DNA of 64,000 nucleotides from Eledone cirrhosa (Eukaryota). Each line of letters opens with the position of its first letter. The first letter of the stretch is position 1. This document shows, piece by piece, positions 28,089 through 42,849 of the stretch. A program made the position numbers and the translations under genes. Location of the stretch: positions 163,990,001 through 164,054,000 of the forward strand of contig OZ024740.1 of NCBI GenBank assembly GCA_964016885.1. Direction: 5' to 3'. The notes below the pieces were generated by a model. The model had not been told where the DNA came from. It worked only from the letters and a program-made list of their open reading frames with translations, and made no database searches.

Positions 28089-29301
28089 TATATAAAGATA
28101 TATAGTTAAAACTATATAACCCTTTATTTTAATATACATTAATTGTTACTCAAAGTTATTCAACGGAAATAAACAGGACCTCAGGCTTAAGGTTGATGGT
28201 GCATGCTAGATAAATCTGCTACGATTAATTGGATACCATCATGACATACTGAGTACCAATGGAAACATATGCTTAGTTGCCATGTATATTAAGTAATATA
28301 AAACACTTCTATGTTTACATATCGGGAGTTCATTCTTTCTTAATTAGAATTCAAATTCAGTCAATAAAGTGGTTCTTTATGTATATTTTTGTGTAGTTGG
28401 AGTGATAGTAGAGTTCAAAAGATCAGGTTTTAGTTGATTTAATAGAAAAGTCATTCTAGACGTTTGTTCTATTCAAATGAAAATACATATAACAGTAAGG
28501 GGTATGTGATGACTCTGTGTGTGCGTGTGCGTGCGTGCACGTGTCTGTGTGTGCGTGTGAGAGAGAGAGAGAGAGAGAGTGTGTGTGTGTGTGTGTGTGT
28601 GTAAGAGTGGGGGTTTCTACAAATCTTTGGCTTACTTGAATCAAAAGTTTAGGATTATTATAGAATTTGTTCTGGCTAGAGATGCAGTAGCAATATAAAT
28701 GAAACCAAAAATACAGCTGATTGTAATGGGTTATGTGTTGTGTGTGTATGTGTGCTTGAATGTATGTGTGTGTGTGTTGTTTTTTACAGCTGTCAAAAAA
28801 AAGAAGTTTCCGGAAAATTCTACTAATATTTCTGTCTACCAAAAGTGGCTATAGTAGAAGAGACTTGCTGAAGGTGCCACAGATTGAGAGTAAACTCGAA
28901 ATCACATGGTTGCGAAGCAAACTCCATAAACCTGACAACCCTGCATGTGCCAATAGAGTATGGTATGAGAAACAGTTAGCTGCTATTACTAGCAGGCAAG
29001 ACCATGGAGAGACTCCTTCTTTTCGAAACAACAGTTTCTCCCAGAAGACTATATTTAGTCATCAACATGTAGTTTTGTTCTGTTGTTACCAGTCACTCGA
29101 CTCACACCATATACATTTGTGTCCATTCTCAAACTTTTCACCCAGCACAACAAACTTCTATTGATCGGAAGACATTTTCTTATCGGATTAATTTCATGCA
29201 AGGCTGATTCCTTACAATAGAATGTCCAATATATTCATACATACTTTCATGCACATAAACATCATAAACGCTATATATATATATATATATATATATAAAT
29301 G

Positions 29302-29423
<122 letters not shown>

Positions 29424-29448
29424 CATACATACATACACACACACGCAC

Positions 29449-29482
<34 letters not shown>

Positions 29483-29572
29483 TTATATATATACACACTT
29501 AAAATTTCTGTACAGATTTACGTGTACACATATCTATTTATCACATTTGTTTCCTTTCCTTCTTTCATTCAT

Positions 29573-29640
<68 letters not shown>

Positions 29641-29754
29641 TCATATAATCAATATCTCCATCTCTGTTTATGCACAAAGACCACTTTATTTAATGTCTCT
29701 CTCTCTCTATCATCTCTCTCTGTCTCTATCTATCTATCTATCTATCTATCTATA

Positions 29755-29806
<52 letters not shown>

Positions 29807-29867
29807 ATCTCTCTCTGTCTCTATCTATCTATCGATCTATCTATCTATCTAGCTATCTATCTATCTA

Positions 29868-30171
29868 TGAAAGGTGGGTGAAAGTGGCGAGAATGGCCCG
29901 AGTGAATGGGCCTTCTCTCTATATCAGCCTGTAGGTTGAGGAAAAGGAGGAGGAGAGGAAAGGAGTACAAGCTCTTCGTACTCCTGGAGATGAGGGTTGC
30001 ACATTTTTTTTCGGGGGTATGTGTTACCCATATAAACTGTCTCCCTCTATTGGGGAAAATCGACTAACTTTTAAATTCCATCTGTGATAACATTTTACAC
30101 GTTTTTATTGTATGTAAACTTCCCCCTTTGTATTTGTCCCCTTCTTTTGTGCCCCTGTGGCTAATAAAGAA

Positions 30172-30172
<1 letters not shown>
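29868..30172 (+). mobile_element. 5'-truncated 3' end of an L1/Tx1-type LINE inside (TCTA)n
   Basis: Reverse complement of about 2225-2529, with (TCTA)n directly on both sides. Confidence 0.7.
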
Positions 30173-30257
<85 letters not shown>

Positions 30258-30311
30258 ATATCTATCTATCTATCTATTTCTCTATGCCTCAAGTAGGCTA
30301 GTTAGCTATCA

Positions 30312-30358
<47 letters not shown>

Positions 30359-31158
30359 TTATATATTATAAATTTATATATATAGATATATATATAAATA
30401 CATATATACATATATATATATGAATGCAGCATTACACAGACGCATACACACACACATATACACACATATATATATATGATTTTATATTTATACGATATAT
30501 GTAATATATTTATAAATATAAATATATCTCACACACACGGAGATTCATATATATATATATATATATATACATACACACATAATACTTACATACACATATA
30601 TACATATATGTATACATGTATATATATACATGTATAAATGTTAGCATACATACTCAAGAATAAAAAGATACATGCATAAATGAGTACAAACATTTCTAGA
30701 AATGAAAATCTATTATTTCTTAATAATTTATAGTGGAAAAGAACTATTGTTATTACTCTCTCGCTCTCTCTCTCCCTCTCGATCTCTCTCCCTCTCTCTC
30801 TCCATCTCCCCACTCTCTCTCCCAACATACACAGAGAAAAACACAGACACACACACATACATATATATATATATACATACATCCTTTCTTTCTCTCACAC
30901 ACACCACACACATGTATATAACTTCTACATAGCCGTGCAGTGAAATAAATTTCACGTGATCTGGAAAACAGCTGAGCTGTCAGAAATACAGGAGCTCGGG
31001 AAGTAAATGGTAGTATGGAAATACCACAAGGTATTTTGTCCGACGCTTTACAGATTCTACCAATTTCCCGGCAATACAGGAGCATTGTATCATGTTAAGA
31101 CATGTAGAAGTTGAAACATCTGCATCCCTGACACTTCTACACTTTACTGTCATCCTAT

Positions 31159-31342
31159 AATTGTTTCTGCTTTTGGCACAAGGCCAGCAATTATCCCAGT
31201 GCATTACTGGTACTTTATTTTAACGACCCCGTAAGGAGGATGAAAGGCAAAGTTAACCTTGGCAGAATTTGAACTCAGACCATAAAGGGCCGTAACTCTT
31301 TACTGCAAAGCATGGCGTCCGACCCTCTACCGATACTGCCAA
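31159..31342 (-). mobile_element. tRNA-derived SINE
   Basis: Same family as 19195. Confidence 0.85.
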
Positions 31343-31347
31343 ATATA

Positions 31348-31399
<52 letters not shown>

Positions 31400-31738
31400 A
31401 TTCACATACACGCGCACAGACACACATACACACGCACATTCCCATATAGGATTAATATTGATGATCGCGAGAATTACTACTTAATATCATAGTAGCGATT
31501 ATGACTAAGTTTGAGTATTCTTGCACTGGAGTTTCTCCTGCATATTCGCAAAGTCATCCGTGAATACGCAGGCATAATAGTATATATATATATATATATA
31601 CATATATATATGTGAATTTCGTATATCTAAAGATATACGTGATTTTTAATTAATAAACATCTTGAAAATCCAGCTATTAATTGAATGGCTGACGGCCAGC
31701 TCCATCTATCAGACTCCAGCAGAAACAGTAGAGGATAA

Positions 31739-31778
31739 CTGTCTATACATTTCGAGCTCATGACCCTCATCAGGACAG
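31739..31778 (-). ncRNA. compact type I hammerhead motif
   Basis: ctgtc-CTGATGA-gggt(catga)gctc-GAAA-tgta-TA-gacag. 5-bp stem I and an intact core. Confidence 0.7.
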
Positions 31779-32239
31779 TGCTTCCCCTTGCTTACTGCTG
31801 GAATTTGAAACATGCAAAAATATATAATTTTTTTCGCCTGTATAGGTGAGCTGATTAGCCTCATTTGCATATGAAGGTGTATAGGTTGGTTCAACTTAAA
31901 TGTAGAATTAAAATTTAGCTTCGGCATAGTTGTATACATATATGTATGTGAATTTCGTAGGCAAATGAGACTAATCAGATTAGATTATAGATGTAATCAC
32001 TTACATATTAACGAAACACATGTTGATCCTTCAATTGTGAAATTGGTGTATTCATGTAATCTATTAATTTCTATATAAATACCCCAAGAATTACCATTCA
32101 TTGTATCTGCAGTTGAACACCACTGAAAAACTGTGAAAAGCGATTCATATGTTGAGTCAAAATCCACTTATGTTGACACAGTCTTCAATTTCAAGTTACA
32201 CAAATTCAACTAACGGAAACCGATTGCTACATTAACCCC

Positions 32240-32379
<140 letters not shown>

Positions 32380-33086
32380 TTAATTATACTATTTATGGTT
32401 ATGCAAATACAAAAACCTTTTGTAGTTATATATATTTTTATAAACCCTAAATAGTGGTAGGCAGTAATATATTACTACCTTATTACCAGTAAGTTAATTA
32501 GCTCAATGTAATCAGATGATTTACAGAGCAGAGACTATGAAAATGTCGCAGTGCATGAAATCCATATCATCGCTTCGCTACGCATTCCCAATATTATTAA
32601 TGCTTACATTATTTTTAATACTTATATTATTTCTCCACACACAGGCTATAACAATCATATAAAGAATTCATTACCAGATCAACCCCCTTAACACTCTTGA
32701 TTACCTGCTTAAGTGCTTCTATTACACGCAACTCTCTGCCACACTATATAAACAAGACGCACGTGCTTGCCACACATATAACCATTGCACTCTATAACCG
32801 CTTAATTTCATGTTGTATTTTAACCTGTATTTTTGATTGTATCTTTTAATATGAATGTTATCTCTAAATGTGTACTGCCACACTAAATGCTGTAATGAAT
32901 GTTGACCCACAATATTTGCATATGTATCTGTATGTCTCTTGGGTGAAAAGGAGGTCATATAAGTGTTCATTCAATAATAAATTGCTCCGAAGAATCCAAA
33001 CCTCGGTTTGGAGGAAACAGTTGTAAGCATAAAAATGTTTTGAACAGTTCTTTGATTCTTATAATTCATATATATATATATATATA

Positions 33087-33483
33087 TATTGTTATACTTG
33101 GGGAGGGTCATATTTGTGCCAGAATTAATAACAGAACACACTCACTGTTTGGTTGGTTTTCGTTTTTCGCTTCTGTGTCTTTTATATCGGTAATCTAATT
33201 TATTCGGTCCTCAATGTTGCCATTGACTGACCAACGGTCAAAAATAATACAGATACAATATAGACACAAACACATATATATAGTTTATCAAAGTTCTTTC
33301 GTTGCACATCTGCAACATCGTCAGTGGTGCTATTGTTTCCTCCCATTGCATTGTATTTTCTACACCATCTTTATTTAGTCTGTTTACACAAATACAACCC
33401 TCCCCAAGTATAACAATATTTGTCGAACAATATTCGACACACGATTTCATATCAAAAACTTCGCAAAACTAATTCATCTCCGT
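33087..33483 (+). mobile_element. fold-back family 'gttatacttggggagggtcata'
   Basis: Left arm from 33087, short right arm 33397-33419, tail to 33483. The interior is homologous to the 14760-14950 spacer in reverse. Confidence 0.8.
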
Positions 33484-33604
33484 TATATATATATTTTTTT
33501 TAATGCAATGAAATATCTATGATCGTCGGCAAATCACTGATGAGGGACTCATTTTATTACATGTTATCCATGTGCTACCTGCAGTATTTTTCTCTATATT
33601 TTAT

Positions 33605-33659
<55 letters not shown>

Positions 33660-34784
33660 GTGTATGTGTATGCTTGTAGTTAGTAGTGTATATATATATG
33701 TCTTTGCAGTTAAACTATTAAAAATAAATTTGAACTTAGTATTTGAGTAGAGTAGATATTTAAAATGATGGCTATAGTCTATGTTAGAATATCGTGGCTG
33801 AAGGTAGTTATCGTGAATCCAGTTCTGTAGTAACGTAGTTTTCACATTTTCGCGTTTTGATAGTATTTTTCAGTTAGAGATTGTTTTACATGTAAGCATT
33901 TTAAAAATTATCTCAGGACTTTTATTTAAGGAGCTAGAGGATTTTGTAAGTATTTTCACATTACAGAGTTAACGAAGAAAGTTATTTGTAGTCACTCAAA
34001 CTTTTAGTAATAGCAGCAACATTTTCCTTATATTATATGATGCAGCATTCAATAGATAAGAAGGTAATGCCTATGTACACTGAGTCAGGTTGACCTGAAG
34101 TTAAACAGGAACCATCTTATATAAAAAATATTGTGTAATTCCAGGCTAGTTCTGATCAAGCAGACCTAGCTAAAGGTATTTCCACAGATATTCTATAATC
34201 ATAATAGTGGGTGTGTATGTAGAATGGTCTTTTGTTAAGCGACGATATGAGATGACAATCAATGAGTCTCAAGCCCTATTAATTACTAGAAATGGCAGTG
34301 AAAATAACCTCAAATTACAGCGTTCCTTCTTAAAAAAAGAACACGTTGATTAGTGCTGATCACGCATGAAAAACATTTGGACGCCCGTACTCTCTCAAAT
34401 ATATTGCAGCTCTGTAATAAAGGTTCTGGTTTATGTTGGACATAAACAGCTGTTTGCTATACGTTCTCTTCGTAGGCGGAAAGATAAGAGTAATTAACTT
34501 CTGGTAAACAGCCAATTAGGTCTGAAACACGTGAAAGCAGTATCGTCAGCTTTTCAGTGCACGCAAAGAATAAGTGTGTTTGTATTTGTTCTATTTTTCA
34601 CAGCGGGATTTAACATTTATAAACTATCTACATTAAATAAACAATACGTAGTGTTGTGCATACATACATACATACACACACACATACATACATACATACA
34701 TACATACATACATACATACATACATACATACATACATACATACATACATACATACATACATACACATACACATACACACGTACG

Positions 34785-34844
<60 letters not shown>

Positions 34845-35422
34845 AATATATGCGCATATATATATATATGTATATTGTATATTTTGTCGTTCTCTTCGTT
34901 ATCGTCTGTGATTTTTTTGTTGTTTTTTCCCCGGATAACTACTCCTCTTTGTTATCAACGCACTGTGGGCAGTTGTACTGTCTTTAATGCGTTCGAAATA
35001 TCGGCGATCAACGGAAGACAGCTGATGAGCGGGAATTGTTCTTATGTTTATGTTTGTGTTTCTCTTACGTTTTCTAAATAATATTTATTAGTAACCACAC
35101 AGCACCATTGTATATATATACACATATATATATATGTATCTACATATATATACGTATATATATATATATATATATATATGTACATATATATATATATATA
35201 TACATATATATTCACATATATTCATATACATATATATATACATATATATATGTACGTACGTATGTATGTATGTATATATGTATATATGTATGTATGGATG
35301 CATGTATGTATTTATGCATGTATGTATGTATGTATGTATGTATGTATGTATGTATGCATGTATGTATATATGTTTGTACGTACGTATGTATGTATATATA
35401 TATATAGATATATATACATGTG

Positions 35423-35484
<62 letters not shown>

Positions 35485-35645
35485 CATACACATCTATATA
35501 TATATATCTATCTATCTCTCTCTCTATATATATATATATATACGTAATACAAACATATATACATACATATATGTAGATACATATATACATACATGTATAC
35601 AAACATATATACATACATATATGTATGAATATGTATGAATATTAT

Positions 35646-36227
35646 GTCAGGTCACCAGTTGGTGCTACTGGTAACATGTATGCCAGTACAACCTGTCTCA
35701 TGGTCGGGTCGTTGGCGACTTGGTGAGGAGGGTGACTTTGGACATCCTGCAGGACTAAAAACAAAACCTGTGAAAGGGCAAAGGAGCTCTTAAGAGTCAA
35801 TGGCCATCCAAAATCACTGGGAGAGATGACCCCTTAGCCTTTGTCAAGGCAGAATTCTAGGAGAAGGAAAACTCTGATATAACACCTGCAACTCTGATGG
35901 TATCCAATGATGTTGACTTGTTCTTCGTTTTGGTAAATATCATCTTGGTTAAGAGAGCGGGACTGGCTTTGTGCAGTGCCTTTGCTCACTATAAAACCTT
36001 CATGGCACAGGCATTCCTTTATATCTGGAGATCTCTCTGCACTTGTCGTCACATGGTACCATGGGCCCAGCACTATGTGTCAATAATTGTCACAAGTGTA
36101 GTGTTTGTACCAGAGTTTTCAAGTCGCTGGCTGGACTAAAAAGTCACACTCGTTTAGCGCATCGGTAAGGGTTCTCCTACATGGATATAAAGTAGTGACC
36201 GTACTCGAAAACGAGTTGGGAGCCACC
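35646..36227 (+). mobile_element. ~600-bp non-coding element with an RTE-like 5' motif
   Basis: Homologous to the 40089 array; contains ggcagaattctaggagaaggaaaactctgat. Confidence 0.75.
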
Positions 36228-36429
36228 ATATTTGTATATAAATATATCTATATATGCCCCCCCCCCCCACACACATATATATATATATGTATGTGTGTGT
36301 GTGTTATGTGTATACTACACAATGAAAAAACATTTGTTTTTCACAGAGAAAAGAATAGTTTTTGTACTTGACCGGCGTCACTTAAAACAGCTTTTCAAAC
36401 GTTTTTTCATGTCTATTTTCCACTTGTAA

Positions 36430-37338
36430 TGTTATTCTTTCCCCTGCACATCAACCCATGTTGTCTATGCCCTCCGGTGTTCCTTTGATCCCTTTGCGGG
36501 TCCATATATACATTGGACAAACCGGTGGGATAAGCGATTAGGTATCGATACCCTCGTCGCTCGTCATTTCCGTTCCCCAGGCCACTCCTTCCTACATGTC
36601 CCAGTCTTTGGTGTTCTATTAGTTCACAGATCGCTGGTTTCGCGTACCACGACTGAGCAGAGTCTCATTTTCTGCCGTGGGCCCAGTTTCCGTAATGGAC
36701 TCAATTCCCCTCCCCAATTTCTTTAATCTTGCAGCCCTAGCCACTGTCATCCTACCTCATCCGTTGTCACACATTCGCGCAAACATTCACACTTAGGTTC
36801 CCATGATTGTGTTACACCCAGAAACACACTTTTACAGCTTTTACAGACCAACAAAACACACACACACACACCTCTTCACTTACCCTCACAGCTTCGTACT
36901 CACAAGAAATCACACACACACACGCTCTTAAACTTATATATACACATATATATCCTCCTAACTTAGTACGGACAAATAAACACACACACATGCACACACA
37001 CGTACACACTCTACATACAAAATGAATTTTTCCTTTTCAGCTAGACGCGTTCGATCACAGCCTTTTAAAACAAAGCCAACTGATTTTTTCATAAAACAAC
37101 ATCAGAATCCACAATTTTCAAGGGATGAAGACTTGAATAGATCTTTTTGTTTTGTTTCTGCCACTGTTCACTATCATCCATCTTTCAATTTCTTCTTTAA
37201 TTCCACATTCTATTTTCTGATGAAGGACTAGCGTCCTAAACGTTACGACCCTTTCCCTACTATATCAAGCGTAAAACTACTAATATTTCTTCATTGTACT
37301 GTATCGTTTGTTTTATTTTATTTCTGTTTGTATTTTGC
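36430..37338 (+). mobile_element. decayed PLE 3' fragment related to 26478-28088, with a mutated hammerhead at 37213-37248
   Basis: cctgcacatcaacccatgttgtctatgccctccggtg matches 27041-27078. CTGATGA-aggactagcgtcc-TAAA-cgtt. Confidence 0.75.
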
Positions 37339-37352
37339 ATACATACATACAT

Positions 37353-37910
37353 GATGGCTGCAACTCGATTTTGAGTAATGCCATCACTTGATACTTAAGC
37401 AAGAGCATTACGGACGTGGCTTTTTAATCCTGCTAGGGACTTGCCTATGGCCAGCAATACCATGCATCGTAAAAAATGCCACATATCAAGCGATGTCTGT
37501 GGTTGAAGCTTTTTTAAGTGAGGAAAGTCTTTGCACGGAGCCAATCCCACTCTCTGAACATCGACTGCCCCCCCCCCCCCCCAAAAAAAAAAACTGGTCT
37601 ACATCATCGGATGCAAACTATGTTTCAGGTTTTATATCAGAGTGACCTTCTCCTAGAGAGATGTCTTAGTGAAGACTAGGAGTCTCTTGCTCCCCACCAC
37701 ACACAAAAAAAGAACTCTATTGGATGGCCGCTGACTCCGCTAAGTTCCTTCACCCATTGACGGGTTATGTTTTTTATCCCGCAGTGTGTCCCAAATCCCC
37801 CTCCTCACCAAGCAAGGTTGGTGGGGTTGCCGGTTTTGTCTCCGACCACTCGACTATGCACAGGTTGTGCTGGGTTACATGTAACCGGTAGCGTTGACGA
37901 GCGTCCTGAC
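37353..37910 (-). mobile_element. diverged relative of the ~600-bp element
   Basis: Minus strand begins gtcagg, contains ggcaaccccacc..ttggtgaggaggg and ctaggagaaggtcactctgatataaaacctg, and ends gagttgcagccatc(atgt)n. Confidence 0.7.
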
Positions 37911-37998
37911 ATAAATTACATACATACGTAACATCCATAAACACACACACACACACATATATATATGTATAGATACATATATATATACATGTATATAA

Positions 37999-38037
<39 letters not shown>

Positions 38038-38613
38038 ACATATATATCTGAATAAGTCTGTTTACAGCAACATGATAGACTACCACTACTACTATAACCG
38101 CAATCAAATCTTCCTGGAAAATGGATGTATATATATATATATTATATCTATATATCTATATGATTATATATATATCTGTATTTATATATTCAATAAAGCT
38201 GTTTACAGCTACAAGAAAAACTATCACTACCACGATGCCATTACCCTCACCACCACCAATAGTTCAATCAGTAATACCTTTCTAACCAAATCTATCAGAA
38301 GGAAAATACAAGCCTTCAGCGAAACGTTATTTCATTTTTATATTGAAATGCATTTTGTAAATTATTGGCAAAGATGTTTTTCTCAGCCCACACCTGTGAC
38401 AGTCTTTTATCATACATGAAAGGAGAAGGAAACAATTTAAGTACGTACATGCACATATACACACACTCACAACATTCCCCCCCTCTCTCTCTCTCTGTCT
38501 CACACACACAACACCAAAATATACACACGCATACGCATATACAGACACATTCACACATACACGTATACACACACATACACAAACACGCGCGCGAGCGCGC
38601 AAACACACACACG

Positions 38614-38697
<84 letters not shown>

Positions 38698-39137
38698 TGA
38701 AATTTTGAAACGTAGTCGTCTCAACCCAGTAATTAACAAGTAATCGAACCATTGCATCTCATTGATGCGATGTTTCGCTAAAGAGCCGTCGGGAAAATTC
38801 TCGATTTCCTAAACTATCATTTAAGGAGATCGACTATTATTATGGTTATTTCTGAGTTAGGACTACCACATTTCAAATTTTTAATTTTCTCAATGCTTCT
38901 TAAATCAATAGTTGTTTACGCTTCTGGATACAGGTTTCTGTATTTAAAAATGTGTGATTAGGTGGCCAGCGGTTCTTTAGAGTAGGGGTTAATGCACGCG
39001 CCCACCACCCGATGGATGCGGCGTTAGATTCATCTGACCACATATTACCAAATTTTATTAACTATTATAGTGCTTGGTTACATAAAATAAAAAAATTCCA
39101 ATGATTCTTAAGTCAACTATTCTTTACTTACACACAC

Positions 39138-39262
<125 letters not shown>

Positions 39263-39299
39263 CACACATTTATGCATGTATGTATTCATATATGTATGT

Positions 39300-40014
39300 T
39301 CTTCTGGTTTTATAATTTCACAAATTTTTCCCAATAGAGAGAGAGTCGGTTTCTAACATAAACACAAGACTCTCTCATTGGAATTTACACAACATCAACT
39401 AGGTAGATATGTATGTATGTCTCCATGCATGCATGTGTAGATACGGATGTTATTGTATGTGTGGATGTGTATATTTTGAGTTGTATGTGTGCATGTGTAT
39501 ATATACTTTGTATCTGTACATGTGTATATGCAGTTATTAGATACAACATTTTTGGAATGTTTTACATATTTTGACTGTTCCATTAATGGATTGTACTTGT
39601 AATTTCCTAACTAGTTGTGTTCTTTCTGTTCCTGTGAAGCCTAGCTTCTCAAGATTTGTATTGAGGCAGTTACTAACATACCCCGGTGCCCCACTAATCG
39701 CAGGCATAAATCTGAAGGTGTAATCAGGGTGGAGTATCTGCAGATTTCTCATCAGTTCTGCATAAATATTCTCCTTTTCGCTAATCTTTGATATTATATT
39801 GGCATCTGCTGGGCAGCTAATTTCCACTACTGTGCATGCTTTCTTCTCCCTGTCCTATATCATAATATCTGGTCTGTTATGCCTGCATTTTATTGTGGTT
39901 TTTACTGGAACATTCCACCAGCACTCTTTTATATTATGTACATGGATGTCTTCCACATTGCTGTAGCTTTAAATGTGTTTATTATCGGGACTATCTTTTT
40001 TACGGATTGCATTG
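39300..40014 (-). mobile_element. 5'-truncated Dong-type family B fragment
   Basis: REL C-terminus (EISCPADANII..ICKTFQK) and a 3' UTR matching 3001-3680. TATG flanks. Confidence 0.9.
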
Positions 40015-40088
40015 TGTATGTATGTATGTATGTATGTATGTATGTATGTATGTATGTATGTATGTATGTATGTATGTATGTATGTATG

Positions 40089-40770
40089 TCAGGTCACCAG
40101 TTGGTGCTACTGGTAACATGTATCCCAGTACAACCTGTCTCATGGTCGGGTCGTTGGCGACTAAACTGGCAACCCCACGAAGGTTTCTTGGAGAGGAGAG
40201 TGACTTTGGACAACCTGCAGGACTAAAAACAAAATCTGTCAAAGGGAAAAGGAGCTCTTAAGAGTCAATAGCCATCCAAAATCACCGGGAGAGATGACCC
40301 CTTAGCCTTTGTCAAGACAGAATTCTAGGAGAAGGAAAACTCTGATATAACACCTGCAACCCTGATGGTATCCAATGATGTTGACTTGTTCTTCTATTTG
40401 GTAAATATCATCTTGGTTAAGAGAGTGGGACTGGCTTTGTGCAGTGCCTTTGCTCACTATAAAAGCTTCACGGCACAGGCATTGCTTTATATCTGGAGAT
40501 CTCTCTGCACTTATCGTTACATGGTACCATGGGCCCAGCACTATGTGTCAATAATTGTCACAAGTGTAGTGTCTGTACCAGAGTTTTCAAGTCGCTGGCT
40601 GGACTAAAAAGTCAGACTCGTCCAGCGCATCGGTAGGGTTTCTCCTACATGGATATAAAGTAGTGGCCGTACTCGAAAACGAGCTGGCAGCCACCATGTA
40701 TGTATGTATGTATGTATGTATGTATGTATGTATGTATGTATGTATGTATGTATGTATGTATGTATGTATG

Positions 40771-40804
<34 letters not shown>

Positions 40805-42798
40805 TGTATGTATGTATGTATGTATGTATGTATGTATTGTATATGTATGTATGTATCATGGTCGGGTCGTTGGCGACTAAACTGGCAACCCCACCAAGGT
40901 TTCTTGGTGAGGAAGGTGACTTTGGACATCCTGCAGGACTAAAAACAAAACCTGTGAAAGGGCAGAGGAGCTCTTAAGAGTCAATGGCCATCCAAAATCA
41001 CCGGGAGAGATGACCCCTTAGCCTTTGTCAAGGCAGAATTCTAAGAGAAGGAAAACTCTGATATAACACCTGCAACCCTGATAGTATCCAATGATATTGA
41101 CTTGTTCTTCTATTTGGTAAATATCATCTTGGTTAAGAGAGTGGGACTGGCTTTGTGCAGTGCATTTGCTCACTATAAAAGCTTCACGGCACAGGCATTG
41201 CTTTATATCTGGAGATCTCTCTGCACTTATCGTTACATGGTACCATGGGCCCAGCACTATGTGTCAATAATTGTCACAAGTGTAGTGTCTGTACCAGAGT
41301 TTTCAAGTCGCTGGCTGGACTCAAAAGTCAGACTCGTTCAGCGCATCGGTAGGGGTTCTCCTACATGGATATAAAGTAGTGGCCGTACTCGAAAACGAGC
41401 TGGCAGCCACCATGTATGTATGTATGTATGTATGTATGTATGTATGTATGTATGTATGTATGTATGTATGTATGTATGTATGTATGTATGTATTGTATAT
41501 GTATGTATGTATCATGGTCGGGTCGTTGGCGACTAAACTGGCAACCCCACCAAGGTTTCTTGGTGAGGAGGGTGACTTTGGACATCCTGCAGGACTAAAA
41601 ACAAAACCTGTGAAAGGGCAAAGGAGCTCTTAAGAGTCAATGGCCATCCAAAATCACCGGGAGAGATGACCCCTTAGCCTTTGTCAAGGCAGAATTCTAA
41701 GAGAAGGAAAACTCTGATATAACACCTGCAACCCTGATAGTATCCAATGATATTGACTTGTTCTTCTATTTGGTAAATATCATCTTGGTTAAGAGAGTGG
41801 GACTGGCTTTGTGCAGTGCATTTGCTCACTATAAAAGCTTCACGGCACAGGCATTGCTTTATATCTGGAGATCTCTCTGCACTAGTCGTCACATGGTACC
41901 ATGGGCCCAGCACTATGTGTCAGTAATTGTCACAAGTGTAGTGTTTGTACCAGAGTTTTCAAGTCGCTGGCTGGACTAAAAAGTCACTCTCGTTCAGCGC
42001 ATCGGTAGAGGTTCTCCTACATGGATATAAAGTAGTGGCCGTACTCGAAAACGAGTTGGCAGCCACCATGTATGTATGTATGTATGTATGTATGTATTAT
42101 GTATGTATGTATGTATGTATGTATGTATGTATTATGTATGTATGTATGTATGTATGTATGTATGTATGCATGTATGCATGCATGCATACATGGTGGCTGC
42201 CAACTCGTTTTCGAGTACGGCCACTACTTTATATCCATGTAGGAGAACCCCTACCGATGCACTGAACGAGTGTGACTTTTTAGTCCAGCCAGCGACTTGA
42301 AAACTCTAGTACAAACACTACACTTGTGACAATTACTGACACATAGTGCTGGGCCCATGGTACCATGTGACGACTAGTGCAGAGAGATCTCCAGATATAA
42401 AGCAATGCCTGTGCCGTGAAGCTTTTATAGTGAGCAAATGCACTGCACAAAGCCAGTCCCACTCTCTTAACCAAGATGATATTTACCAAATAGAAGAACA
42501 AGTCAATATCATTGGATACCATCAGGGTTGCAGGTGTTATATCAGAGTTTTCCTTCTCCTAGAATTCTGTCCTGACAAAGGCTAAGGGGTCATCTCTCCC
42601 AGTGATTTTGGATGGCCATTGACTCTTAAGAGCTCCTTTGCCCTTTCACAGGTTTTGTTTTTAGTCCTGCAGGATGTCCAAAGTCACCCTCCTCACCAAA
42701 AACCTTGGTGGTGTTGCCAGTTTAGTCGCCAACGACCCGACCATGAGACAGATTGTACTGTGATACATGTTACCAGTAGCACTAACTGGTGACCTGAC
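40089..42798. mobile_element. array of the ~600-bp element: 40089-40695 (+), 40856-41411 (+), 41512-42067 (+), 42192-42798 (-)
   Basis: Four near-identical units separated by (ATGT)n. The second and third lack the first ~52 bp. Confidence 0.9.
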
Positions 42799-42849
42799 AT
42801 ACATACATACATACATACATATATACATACATACATACATACATACTAC

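Noticed and set aside
40089-40260. HDV-like or twister ribozyme at the 5' end of the ~600-bp element
   Set aside because: Partial motifs are present (gtcg-ttgg-cgac-taa, gaggg), but I could not build the required pseudoknots by hand.
40302-42585. Recurrent 79-80 aa ORFs (MLGPWYHV.., MVSNDVDL..)
   Set aside because: They recur only because the element is repeated, overlap on both strands and are not kept in the diverged copy at 37353.
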